From positions 124,001-188,000 of the forward strand of contig JAXLNO010000230.1 in assembly GCA_038087875.1 (NCBI GenBank): DNA of 64,000 nucleotides. The letters are read 5' to 3'. The position numbers and the translations under genes were made by a program. The notes under the pieces are model-generated. The model saw only the letters and a program-made list of their open reading frames with translations, made no database searches and was not told where the DNA came from. Positions within the stretch are counted from its first letter, which is position 1, and every line of letters starts with the position of its first letter. This document shows, in pieces, positions 1 through 11,238 of this stretch. Origin of the DNA: Malacoraja senta. Lineage: Eukaryota.

Positions 1-192
1 TTAATTACTCTTAAGTTTTTGTAAAGTATTGCCCAAGCTATTTAATTGGCATACGAATAAACAGCTAAGAAGTACATCCTGTTGTTGACAGTGCCCTGAA
101 GATAGCACACCCTATTGGGGGCTACAACATGAGCTGCAACAACTGTCCTTTTCTGTATTAACTACCATCTGCAGTTCTTTGTTTCAACTACA

Positions 193-297
193 TACAATGA
201 TAATACCTTGCTCAGTTATAACGGACAATCGGCAATAATGGACATCATTCCTCCCCTCCCCACTCCCATGGTCCGTTATAACAAAGGTTTTACGGTA
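193..297. mobile_element. Degenerate Tc1/mariner (Tigger-like) MITE
   Basis: Inverted GTTATAACGGAC ... GTCCGTTATAAC with TACA.../...GGTA-like outer ends, about 105 bp. Confidence 0.4.
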
Positions 298-639
298 TGG
301 CTAGATGGTTCTTGTGGAGAAGAGGGATTGCTTATCATGGTTCAATGTTATTAATGTAGGATAATAAAGAGTTTTATCAGTGGGATGGATGCAGTCTGAA
401 CCAGGTTGACTGGTGTCCCATCAGAAAGGATAGATAAGTGGCATAGTCTTTAAACTAATAAATCTGAAATAAACTATAATAAATGTGAAAAGAGATACAA
501 AATAATTATTGGAATGGTAAACACTGGTAAAATAGAAAGATATGCAAGTAAAAATCAACTAAATTGTCCATACTCCATTGTAGATAATAAAACAGGGGGG
601 AATTGGATACAGTAGTAGATTTTGAGGATATACTGCTGT

Positions 640-1400
640 ATACTTACCACTGGAAATTAAATATTGTACCAGAATGCAATGTCTGTTTGTGGTGCTTCAT
701 GGAGTTTACTTCAAATGTTGCATTTTTGCAAGTCAAACCAGGGCAGGATCTTCACAGTGAACGGTGGGGTCTGGGGGAGTGTTGTCGAGCAGGGGGATCT
801 AGGAGTACAAGTACATAGTTCTCTGAAAAGTGTTAGATAGGGTGCTGTTAGATAGGGTGGTGAAGAAGGCTTTTAGCCCATTGGCCTTCATCAGTCAGGG
901 AATTAAGTATAGAAGCTGGGACATTATGTTACAGGCATACAAGACACTGATGAGGCTGTGGTTGGAATATTGTTACCAGCTTTGGTTGCCCTATTATAGG
1001 AAGGATGTCATTAAGCTAGAAAAAGTCCAGAAAAGATTTACAAGGACTTTGCAAGGATTTGAAGGCCTGAACCATACGGAGAGGGTGGGTAAGCTAGGAC
1101 TTTACTCCTTGGAGCTCAAGAGATTATGGGAGGAACTTAAAGATGCGTATAAAATCTTGAGGGGAACAGGTAGGGTAAATGCACGGTCTTTTTTTAATCA
1201 GGATAGGAGAATCAAGAACTAGAAAGGAAAAGATTTAATTGGAGCCTAAGGGGCAACTTCACACAGAGCATGGTAAGTAGGAAAGATTTAGAGGGATGTG
1301 GGCCAACCACAAGTAGGTGGGACCATCTTAGATGGGGCATCTGGGTCAGCATGGACGAGATGGGCTGCAGGGCCCGTTTCCTTGTTCTTATGGCTCTGCT
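640..1400 (+). mobile_element. CR1 LINE 3' fragment (decayed RT C-terminus and 3' UTR)
   Basis: ORF 830-1222 has the CR1 motifs YKTLMRLWLEYC and KDVIKLEKVQKRFTR, followed by a CR1-type 3' end. Confidence 0.85.
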
Positions 1401-3134
1401 ATATTTAGAAAAGGTAAAGAAGATAAATGAGGAGATGATTAGCTGTACCTATTAGAGATAATGTAATGGTAGCATAGTGGTAGCACAGCCAAAGGCAAGA
1501 TAGACTTCATTAGGATCAATGTAGAAGTGATAAAGGACCGAACATAAGGTCGTCCATGTTTACCAAATAAATGAGCAGAAAATTAGGTGGACAAGTAAAA
1601 GATACAAAGAATGCAAAGATACAAAGAAAGAGACAATCCCCTGAGGGGGGTAGGTCAGAAGTATTGTGTAAAGTGGCCATAATTGGCCAGAAGAGTTGTG
1701 CATGATGGATGAGGAAATGACAAAAAGTTGGCGGATAATTAATGTTGATTTCAAGGGGGGTGAAATATAAGTGTGAAGAAGTCTTGTTGAAGTTCTAAAG
1801 AGTTTTTTTTTGATGCCACAGTTTAGTATATAACATTTTGGATTGCTTTATGTCAATGTGCCTAATATTAAGAAGAAACAAGAGATCTGAACTGAACTGA
1901 ACTTTATTTATAGAGCACTTTAAAAACAACCACTGTTGCAACAGTGCTGTACATGACTTAATAAACATAAAATAGGTATGTTACAAAACTTACCTTCAAT
2001 GGCGCTGTAATTCTGCCACTGGCCGTGAGCGCTATTTTGGCGCCTTTAAGGGGGGGGGGGGGGGGCGGGGTTAAAACGCGGTTTCTCCTCCCTTGTCTTG
2101 AATTATATTTTGTTGGAGTACAAGCGTTTGCTGAAAAATCGTTCCTAGGGGCGTTTTGTGAATTTTTTATTTTTATTAAATCGTCAATGTCAGCGCTGGA
2201 GTCACTTTAAAAGCAGCTCCTGAAGCGTCAACGCCGATAACGGGGACGGATTTCACACACGGGACAGGTAAACGAAAGTGGTTTCTTTTAATGTATAAAA
2301 GTGCTTCTTAAGAAGCCTTTAATTCACATTTTTTCATGCGAAACGGTGATTTTATTCCCCGAACTAACGGCAGTATTGTTCATGCCAATACGGGGTTAAA
2401 TTCACCGCAAATGAACGTTCCAAAAGATCGCGTTCCAGAAATCCTCACTCACAAGATGATTTAAATGCCCATTAATTTACAGGTATTAAACATTCAATTC
2501 CTTCCATTTGGCCTGTAAATTCATGACAATGAGATTTAAAAATTATGTTATATTGTGAATTCTTGTGTGAATGTTATTTGGACACTTAAACCCCTGTTAC
2601 ACTGTGCGAGCTGACCCACGAGGTGCCCCGAGTTTAAAACAAATTTAACTCGTGGTAATCACGTACAATTAACACAGCGGGAACGTCGGAACTCGTGGAC
2701 GCAACTTAGCGACTCGTGGCGCTAACGGCAGGTACCCATGAAACTTGTTAACTCTTGAAAAAGTTCAAACATGCTTGAACTTTTCCACGAGTAAAATGTA
2801 CTCTTGAGGTTAAAATTTGAAACATTTCAACTCGTTGTAAGAACGCAGTGGCCCGTGCGTTTACCTTTGTGACTCGTGATTCTACCGTGGGAACTCTTTT
2901 TAGAAACAATAATCAGGGACAGAAATATCAGTTACTTAGACTTTTTAAAGACAAATTCTGCTTAACAAAGTAAAAGTTATTGATAAGGTGACAGAGTGGG
3001 TTGAAAAGAAAAAATTGCCTGAAGTTTATATATAGATTTTGTGTATTTGGGACTGAGCTCACAACCTTAAGACAAACCAGTATTGAGGAACAGCGTGAGA
3101 ACATTTTATGAGACTTCATGGCAGCCTAATCTGA

Positions 3135-3485
3135 GGTTTGCCATCTCTACCAGTGCTGTTGAAGAAGACAGGGTTGTGTTCACCTCTCCTGCACCCCTGT
3201 TCCGTAGGACAACACCAACTCTTTCATTATGCGTTTGTATTATCTGCACACGGGGTGAAAGGAGAGGAAGGAATGGTACGTTGGCTGCTTCCCGAAGCAG
3301 GTCGAAGTGTAGATTGAGTTGATAGGGGGAAAGCTGGCCTGTGTAATAGACTGCACTACATTTGCAAGTCTCTGTAATATATACTGCGCTCTAGGGCAAA
3401 GCTGCTCCCAAAACACGCATTGATGCATCACAATATGATGCTTTGTACGATGTAGACTGTGGAAGCTGGTAGGCTGCCCAGGCAA
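3135..3485 (-). mobile_element. Rex/Babar LINE 3' coding fragment inside the Harbinger element
   Basis: The translation LQRLANVVQSITQASFPPINSIYTSTCFGK resembles the Rex C-terminal region of ORF 56173-56862. Confidence 0.6.
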
Positions 3486-3655
3486 TCAGACATGACTCCG
3501 GTGACTCTCATGTGCACTCTGAACTCGTCAGCTGGACAGAGGAAAAAAAAGGTGAGTAAAAAAAAGGTGACTTCAACATCGGCATGTGACCTGGGTCAAT
3601 CTTGGGCGTTTCACCTCATTGCTGGTGAGTCTTTTTGATAAGAAGCTTGCTAGAG

Positions 3656-3972
3656 ATGGCTCCCAGAAAAGTTCGACGAAAGGGAAGAGCAGAGCCTTAC
3701 AAAAAACCTGCCATGGAGGCTATAGTCATACAGGAGGAGGAGGAGGAGAAGCAACAGGAGATTCAACAGGAGATTCAACAGGAGATTCAACAGGACATTC
3801 AACAGGAGATGCCACAGGAGAAGTCAACACTGCCTGTGGGCTCCCAGGTAGCTGTGTGTGAAACAGACTCAGACATGGATGCCCCATTCAAGGGAAGATG
3901 GAATAAAGTTAAACCATTTAACTTCGACAGGCAGCAAGAGGGAGACCTTGTACAGTGGTTTCAGGCTAACGA
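3656..3972 (+). pseudogene. 5' part of the Harbinger accessory (Myb/SANT/MADF-like) gene, truncated by deletion
   Basis: MAPRKVRRK start, acidic region with QQEI repeats (12-bp unit CAGGAGATTCAA), then FNFDRQQEGDLVQWFQANE, which resembles helix 1 of a SANT/MADF domain. It converges on the transposase. Confidence 0.55.
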
Positions 3973-4440
3973 AATGGCCTCACAAATCTTTCGGACAATC
4001 CCGCTGATGGTGCTGTGGGCAACCAGAAAGTTGTACGAGAGACTTTTGTAAGAATCACCTGAAGCCAAGTAGCGGAGGGTGATTGCTAGGCGCAGCCCTG
4101 GTTCCAGTGCCTTTCTCAATACCGTGTCATGTTTCATAAGCAGAGGTCCCAAGTTATTCTTCAGCTCATTAAAGAGCTCAGGTGAAATTCTGATGAAATT
4201 TTTAAATGCAGATTTATCCTCTTTGCACAGCACATTAAGCAGCTTTTCATACTGTCCAAAGAGAGATCTCCTTTGAAACAGGGGCTTCACCCACTGAGAC
4301 CTCTTCTTAATTTTCCTCTTTACTCTCTCTCTTCTGCCTTCATTACACAAGCGTCCTTGCATCACATTAAGGGCTGCAGCATACAGCACTTGAACTAAAA
4401 ACATCACCATTCTGGACTCCAATAGCCTTCTTGCAGACAT
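3965..4440 (-). pseudogene. Harbinger (HARBI1-like) transposase N-terminal half; DDE domain deleted
   Basis: WVKPLFQRR...FKNFIRISPELFNEL...RLAITLRYLASGDSYKSLSYNFLVAHSTISGIVRKICEAI, the typical PIF/Harbinger HTH region. Confidence 0.9.
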
Positions 4441-6079
4441 TTTCTCCAAATGAGCCAATTTAAACAAGGCAGGCTTTTTATAGTATGTAAAAAAAAAGCA
4501 TGACATCATTTTTTTAACATGTGATGATTTTTCAACACGTCGATATACGTTGTTGCCTCAAGATTAACGGGAGAGGAACTTGGTACACTCGGGAGACGAA
4601 CATGGAACATCGCAGAAATGAGAAGTAAACGGCAAACTTAGACATACCCGTGGGAACTCGGTTAAACTCTGGATCATAAACTTGTAGTCTCGTACGCAAC
4701 CACGAGTCTTTCACTCGGGGTCACTCGTGGGTCAACTCGCACAGTGTAACAGGCCTATAAGGTTATTTAAAAATGTTAATCTATTCTTAAGAAATTGATA
4801 GATGTTTAGATCTAGTAATTGAATTTTGTAATTAGCTACAATTAGGTAACTAACTAATTATATGCTTTAATTTCATGTCTTCTAAGTAAGATTGTTTCAT
4901 ATGTGTTTCAGAATGCTTCAATCTATAACAACTGAAAATTTCTTAATTTTTAAGAAAGTTATGGGCTTTTGACTGTCCTCGATCACAGCTTTTGTGTTAA
5001 GTCAATGGAAAAGCAATAGGGAACAAGATGCTAATTTCCGAGTATGAAAATGGCCATAACTTTTTTAATACTGAAGATATGAAAGTGAATTAGGTGTCAA
5101 ATTAAACTTCTTTTTATGCTTTATCTGATGGGATAAATTGCAGACTTTATTTTTAAAATCTCAAAATTTTGTAACATTGCTACATAAAACAAAACAATAA
5201 AAACATTAAAAGACAGTAAAAACAATAAAAAATAATAGAAACACTAAAACAGGAACAAAGTCTCATGCAGGGTCAAAAGCCAAGGAACAGAAAAGGGTTT
5301 TAAGACTAGTTTTGAAAATGGACAGTGAAGGGGCCTGTCTAATGTGCAAAGGTAGAATGTTCCATAATGTCGGAGCAGCAACAGAGAAGGCTCTACCCCT
5401 CTGAGCTTCCGCTTAGACCTCGGTACCTTCAGGAGCAGCTGATCAGCTGACCAGAGGCACCGAGCAGGAGCGTAGGGATGAAGCAGCTCAGAGAGGTAAT
5501 GCGGGGCGAGACCATTTAAAGATTAAAAAACAAATAAAATAATTTTAAAATGAACTCTAAAGTACACAGGCAGCCAGTGGAGGGAGGCCAGAATAGGCGT
5601 TATGTGCTCCCTCTTACGTGTTCCAGTTAAAAGGCGAGCAGCAGCATTCTGAACCAACTGGAGGCGTGCAAGGGATGATTGGCTAACTCCAAAATAAAGT
5701 GCGTTACAGTAATCCAGCCGAGACGTGATGAAGGCATGGATTACTGTTTCAAAATGCTGTCGTTCAAGAATGGGCTTCACCTTTGCCAGCTGCTTTAAAT
5801 GAAAGAAGCTGGACTTAACTACCGCGCATATTTGACGATCTAATTTAAAATCACTGTCCATCTTAAAACCCAAGTTTAATACTGTTGGCTTCACATACAG
5901 TGCCAAGGAACCCAAGTCAACAGGGGGAGGTTCACAACAGAGATGGTCAATGTGCCTAATATCAAGGAGAAACAAGAGATACAGGTGCAAAAATATGATC
6001 ATAAAGCAAATAGCATCTGACCCTCACCCCGCTTGCATCCTTGGTTCTTGGTTTCCTGATTCTCCAAAATATTCCAAAT

Positions 6080-6470
6080 GGAATTTAAACTGGAGGTGGT
6101 ACCCACACTCTTCACCTTCCCATTTTGGTTCCAACTGCCCTTCAGCTCCCCCTTAGTGGTTCCCATTATCACTTTCCTTAATTATCAGATTCCAGCACGT
6201 AGCTTACGAGTCCCCATTTATCAGCCTCTCTCCAGCTTCACCCTACACCCCACCTGTCTCCATCTGCCTTGTTTGCAAACAAGTATCGCCCATTTGCTGT
6301 CCCAGTTTAACCCCTCTCCCTCCTGGCTCCACTTGCCCGTCATCCTCCACCCCTGCTCGGTCCTCCTACTGGACCCCGTCTCCCTCTCACCTCTTTATGT
6401 CCGTTATCCTCCCTTTCCACCTTCACTCCTGATGCAGAGTCTCAATCCAAAACGTTATGGTTACCTCAAC
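6080..6470 (+). mobile_element. Old Penelope-like element 3' remnant
   Basis: Pyrimidine-rich tract ending in a degenerate CTGATGCAGAGTCTCAATCCAAAACGTT motif, like the other Penelope termini here. Confidence 0.4.
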
Positions 6471-8404
6471 TCCCTGAAAGGACATCCCTTTGACAGATAA
6501 GAATCTGAGAGGCTTGATTGAATAAATGTGTAAAATGGTGGGAGAATCTAGAGTCGGGTTAAGACTGGAGCAATCAGGATGGGGAAAATATTTGTATACT
6601 TTTTACTGGTACAAAATTTCTTGGGTGCTCAGGTTGTGAAGTTACAAAAATGAAGGTGGTTCGTGGATTGTTTAATTGAGGTATATAAAATTGTTAGAAG
6701 CCTGGACAAATTCGATAGCAAGAACTTATTTCCCCCGGTAGAAGTGTAGTCAATGCTGAAACCGTTATCGCAGTTTGAAATACAGTAACATACTGTAACC
6801 ATACTAGATCATGTATGGCCCAGAGCCAGATTATCCTCAGGCTGCACTGTAAATATATATAATTGGATCCTAGCAATAGTGTATGTTTTTAATAATACTT
6901 TATTGCCACATGTACCCAGGTACAGTGAAATTGTTTTGCATGCAATCCAGAAAAATCGTGCTATAGATAAGCACAATCATTGATAAGTACAAAAGAGCAA
7001 CAAATGTAGTGTAATAGTATATTTCACCGAGGCAATACACATAGTCACCATGTTTCCAATGTCAACAAAGTTTAAAGGTCTCAAGAGTGCAATCTTATCT
7101 TAGCCTTGAAGTCCCATTGTCCTGGTGGCACCGATCCGCACCTCTGTTCGCCGCCATCTTAAAACTTGCCCTTGTCCACCGTCACCTACTCCCTCTACCA
7201 AGCTCACTGGTTCCCGGTCTTTGGGTCCGAGCAGGAGACGAGCCTCGGACGACTCTAGGCAGGTTCACGGTTCCGCGGTGGATGAGCCAGACCTGTTGTC
7301 GGGGTATGGTCGCAGTTCGCCGGAAGCTTCTGGCACCATGTAGCTCGCCAGGAGTTTCAGAGCGCTCACAATTTTTTGCAGTTAATAGATGGGAAGTGAA
7401 CTTGGGGTAGGGTGGATGGAGGGGTAGGAGGGGTGGCAGGGATATTCTCTATAATATTAATATTATAGAGAAGCACTAACATATTCCAGTGAAACTGTAT
7501 TTTGCTGAAAAACTGCAACTGAGAGACCTTGAATGAATAACAGCATACAAAAAAAATTATGGTAAGAAAAAATATATATGGTCTGATTACATGACAACAG
7601 AGCAATTCATGTCAAGAGAGAATGCAATAAGATTGGGAGGGGGAAAAAGCTATTAGGAATGCACAGGAACCATGAAATTAAATTATCAAGAAACAAAAGA
7701 CAAATTGGTAAGATATCCTATAGATGCATGGAGACAAATGATGGGTTAGGGATGGGGCATTTATTTGACAAATGCATTTCAACATGGGTAAGTATTGCAT
7801 TTTGACAAATTTAAGCAAGGTCCCATCGGTCTTAGAAAAATCAAATTCTAAAGAGGCTACAGAAGCAAAGTAAATTGGAAACAAATACACAAATCCCTGA
7901 AGAAAGCAATGTAAGTTATAAGTACAAGGATTTATTTCTGGGTACCGAATTGGAAAGCAGAGACACTTCTAAAGTTAACAAGCTCATATCAAACTCTCGT
8001 AAAGTATTTTTCTTGTTTTGATCACCACATTATTATAATAATATGAAGCTAGTAGAGGGAATAAGAAAATAGAGTACGAGAATAATGATGCATTGGGTAG
8101 TTTCTTGTGAAAAGATTAGGGTGACCTGAGGCAGCAGAAGGATAGTTTCCGTCTGGCGAAGAAAAAAATAAAGGCCATCAATATCAGGTCACCGTAATCA
8201 GATGAAAAAATCAGAGAACATTTCTATTCCTTGAGGATGAGGAAGTAGAACTCTCTGCATTTAGGGAGAGGTTAGACGAGTGTAAGAGGGAGCAAAGAAT
8301 AAAGGAATATTCTAATTATTAGATGTGGAAGGATTGGAGGAAACTAGTATGACACCTGTTATGGGAATAGCACCATCTGTGGTGCAGTACCGATGATGCA
8401 ACAC

Positions 8405-8619
8405 CCATGAGGCAGTAGCCAAGATGGATCCTGAATAAAGATGGCTGAACCCAAGGCACGAGTGTAAAGCCTCTGTTAATGAGCAGAGCATATATTCAAA
8501 CTGTCAAGACTGACAAGACCATGAGAGAACTGGTTCACAACTAATTAACAGAGACTTTACACTCGTGCCTTGGGTTCAGCCATCTTTATTCAGGATCCAT
8601 CTTGGCTACTGCCTCATGG
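8405..8619. repeat. 76-bp inverted repeat of LTR sequence with a 63-bp spacer copied from pol
   Basis: Arms 8405-8480 and 8544-8619 differ at one position. Spacer 8481-8533 matches 10927-10970 apart from a 9-bp indel. Confidence 0.95.
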
Positions 8620-8639
8620 CTTTCGAACAGCTTTGTCAA

Positions 8640-9524
8640 CCCATGAGGAACGAGACCATCGACGGGTATAGATTCTTTACGAGGAGCCAAGATAGAGGGG
8701 AGACTTTTGATTAGTTTTTAATAGAACTGAAGCTCTTGGCAGCACATTGCAGTTTCAGAGAGTTGAAGGATTCACTGATACGTGATAGAATAATATGCGG
8801 CATAAGAGATGACATGCTGCGGGAGAGACTTCTCCGAGAAACCTCACTTAACTTAGAAAAGTGTGTGAAGGCATGCCAGGCTTTGGTGCTTGCCAAGGCC
8901 AGAGTTGATGTCCTGTTAGGTGACCAACGACAAGATTTCTGTGCTGTGAGACAAGAGGGGAAAAGATACCAGCCAACCATACAGTGCAAATACTGCGGAT
9001 ACAAACATGACAGGAAGAAGGAGAAATGTCCGGCATATGGCCGGGAGTGTTTCAAATGCCATAAGAAAGATCATTTCGCATCACAATGCACGGAAAAGCA
9101 GGTGCAACAGAAGAAAGAAAAGAAAGGGAAAAAACTTGTGCATGCAGTGGAGGAAGTGGAGAGTTCCAGTGATGAGTATGATGACAGTCAAGAGGATGAT
9201 GAAATTCACACAATGGAACTGCAACCAGAAGCAGTAAAAGCAGAGAGTGTGCACAGTGTTGAGGAGACTCAATTCCCAAAGAAAATCTTTGTGACCATGA
9301 TGCTGAAAGGGAAGGAAGTAAAATTCCAGGTGGACAGTGGAGCCACATGTAACATCATTCCCAAGATGTATGCAAAGGATGTGGATGAAACCAAGCAAGT
9401 ATTGTCGATGTACAACAATACGACAGTGGTGACTCTTGGGAAAAGCAAGGTGAGACTAGTGAATCCAAAGAATGGAAGAACATATAAAGTAGAGTTTGTA
9501 GTCCTGGAGGAAGACTGCATTTAA
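8640..9524 (+). pseudogene. Gypsy gag (zinc knuckle) and aspartic protease
   Basis: LIRDRIICGI; CCHC knuckle CFKCHKKDHFASQC; protease motif FQVDSGATCNII. Confidence 0.9.
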
Positions 9525-11238
9525 ATCCTGGGAAGCAGGGCAGCCCAGCAGATTGGGCTCATCTCAGTGTGTAAAGAGAACATAATGACATTGAATGGCA
9601 GAGAAATTCCTCTGAGCAAGGATGGCTGAGTATGCTGATGTGTTTGAAGGGACAGGTACATTCGAGGGCAAGTACCATCTGCAGGTAGATGACAGCATAA
9701 CGCCGGTGATCCATCCACCACAAAGAGTCCCTGTAGCCTTACGGAGTAAGCTGAAAGAGGAGTTAGGCAGACTAACAGAAGCGGAAATATTTGCCCCAGT
9801 AGAGACCCACACTCCATGGGTATCCAGCCTTGTGTGTGCAGAAAAGCCCAATGGAAAGTTGAGAGTGTGTTTAGACCCGAGGGATCTGAACAAGGGGTTT
9901 AAAAGAAGTCATTACCCAATGACGACGATTGAAGATGTCCTAACAGACCTGAATGATGCCATGGTCTTTAGCATGTTTGACGTTAAGAATGGGTTTTGGC
10001 ATGTGGAACTGGATGATGAGAGTTCTCAGCTTATGAAATTTAACACACCATTTGGCAGATATAGATGGAGACACACGCCATTTGGTCTGTCCACGGCCCC
10101 TGAAGAGTTCCAGTGATGACAAAACCAAGTGCTGGAGGGCCTGGAAGGTCTGTTGCTGACGACATCCTAGTCTTTGGGAAAGGAAAAACTGCAGAGGAAA
10201 CAGAAAGAGACCATGACAGGAAGGTCAGAGCTCTGATAGAGAGATGTCGTGACATAAACCTGAAGCTGAATGTAGAGAAGGCAAAGCTGAAGGTGAAGGA
10301 AGTCACTTTCATAGGACAGAGAGTTTCTGCTGCAGGACTGAAACCAGATCCAGGGAAGGTAGAAGCAGTGCTATAGATGCCTAACCCAACGGATGTCCAA
10401 GGAGTTCAGCGATTTATTGGGTTTGTTAACTACTTGAGCAAATTCCTTCCTGGACTAAGCGACCTATGTCAACTGCTATGCAAGCTGACAAAGAAGGATG
10501 TCGTTTGGAGATGGGCAGAGGTGCATGACAGGGCGGTGATGGAAATAAAGAAACTAGTAACTGCAGAGCCAGTACTCAAATACTATGATCCATCCAAGGA
10601 GCTGACAGTGCAGGCCGACGCGTCAGAAACTGGACTTGTTGCGGCGCTGATGCAGGAGGGCCATCCTGTTGCCTATGCCAGCAGGGCCCTGACGGATGCG
10701 GAGACCAGATATGCACAAATAGAAAAAGAATTGCTGAGAGGTTCCATGTGTACACATATGGAAGGCCAGTGAATGTGCAGTCAGACCATAAGCCACTGGA
10801 GATAATCGCCACAAATCCAGTTCATCGTGCACGAAAGAGATTGCAGAGGTTGCTGGTGAGGACGCAGACCTATGATGTGACAATAAGATACAGACCAGGG
10901 AAGGAGATGCAGCTTGCGGACACACTGAGCAGAGCATATATTAAGACTGACAAGACCATGAGAGAACTGGAGACTGTAAACCTGGCAAGGCACATCCCAA
11001 TATCACATCCTCTGCTAAATGGCATAAGGGATGCAACAAAAAAAGATGAGACTATGCAGAGACTGCAAGAGGTGATCAAACGAGGCTGGTCAGAGAACAA
11101 GAAGAATGTTGACCCAGAACGTATCTCCTATTTCCATGTGAGGGATGAGCTGAGTGTTGGAGATGACCTCATATTCAGAGGGGAGAGAGTAATCATCCCT
11201 AAAGCTAGGAGACGAGACATGATCACACTATTAAAATA
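9525..11238 (+). pseudogene. Gypsy pol (RT, RNase H, start of integrase), disrupted
   Basis: [60 protein letters not shown] and LADTLSR, spread across frameshifted ORFs. Confidence 0.92.

Larger units (their letters stand above)
2589..4757. mobile_element. PIF/Harbinger DNA transposon, internally deleted
   Basis: TIRs of about 45 bp (core CCTGTTACACTGTGCGAG[C/T]TGACCCACGAG). 3-bp TTA/TAA flanks. Convergent transposase and Myb-like remnants. The empty site GGACACTTAGGCTATTT is present in the second host copy near 54645. Confidence 0.9.
1973..5182. mobile_element. Non-autonomous TIR DNA transposon with TAG...CTA ends, superfamily uncertain; copy 1, carrying a Harbinger insertion
   Basis: TIRs TAGGTATGTTACAAAA and reverse complement TAGCAATGTTACAAAA. 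Flanking duplication CATAAAA at 1966-1972 and 5183-5189. A second copy lies at 54046-55009. Confidence 0.85.
1887..5945 (-). mobile_element. L2 LINE 3' fragment, split by a DNA transposon at 1973-5182
   Basis: ORF 5523-6002 has FITSRLDYCNAL and LQLVQNAAARLL...HITPILASLHWLPV. The (CTGAA)n tail and TTTATT lie at 1887-1910. A 35-bp direct repeat flanks it at 1852-1886 and 5946-5980. Confidence 0.9.
8357..11238 (+). mobile_element. Ty3/Gypsy LTR retrotransposon remnant with rearranged 5' LTR, truncated in early integrase
   Basis: TGTTA start with AATAAA. Domain order gag-PR-RT-RNaseH-IN with stops and frameshifts. No 3' LTR visible. Confidence 0.93.

Noticed and set aside
3961..4509. Domesticated host gene HARBI1
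   Set aside because: It lies between TIRs with a TSD and lacks the catalytic domain, so it is a transposon remnant.
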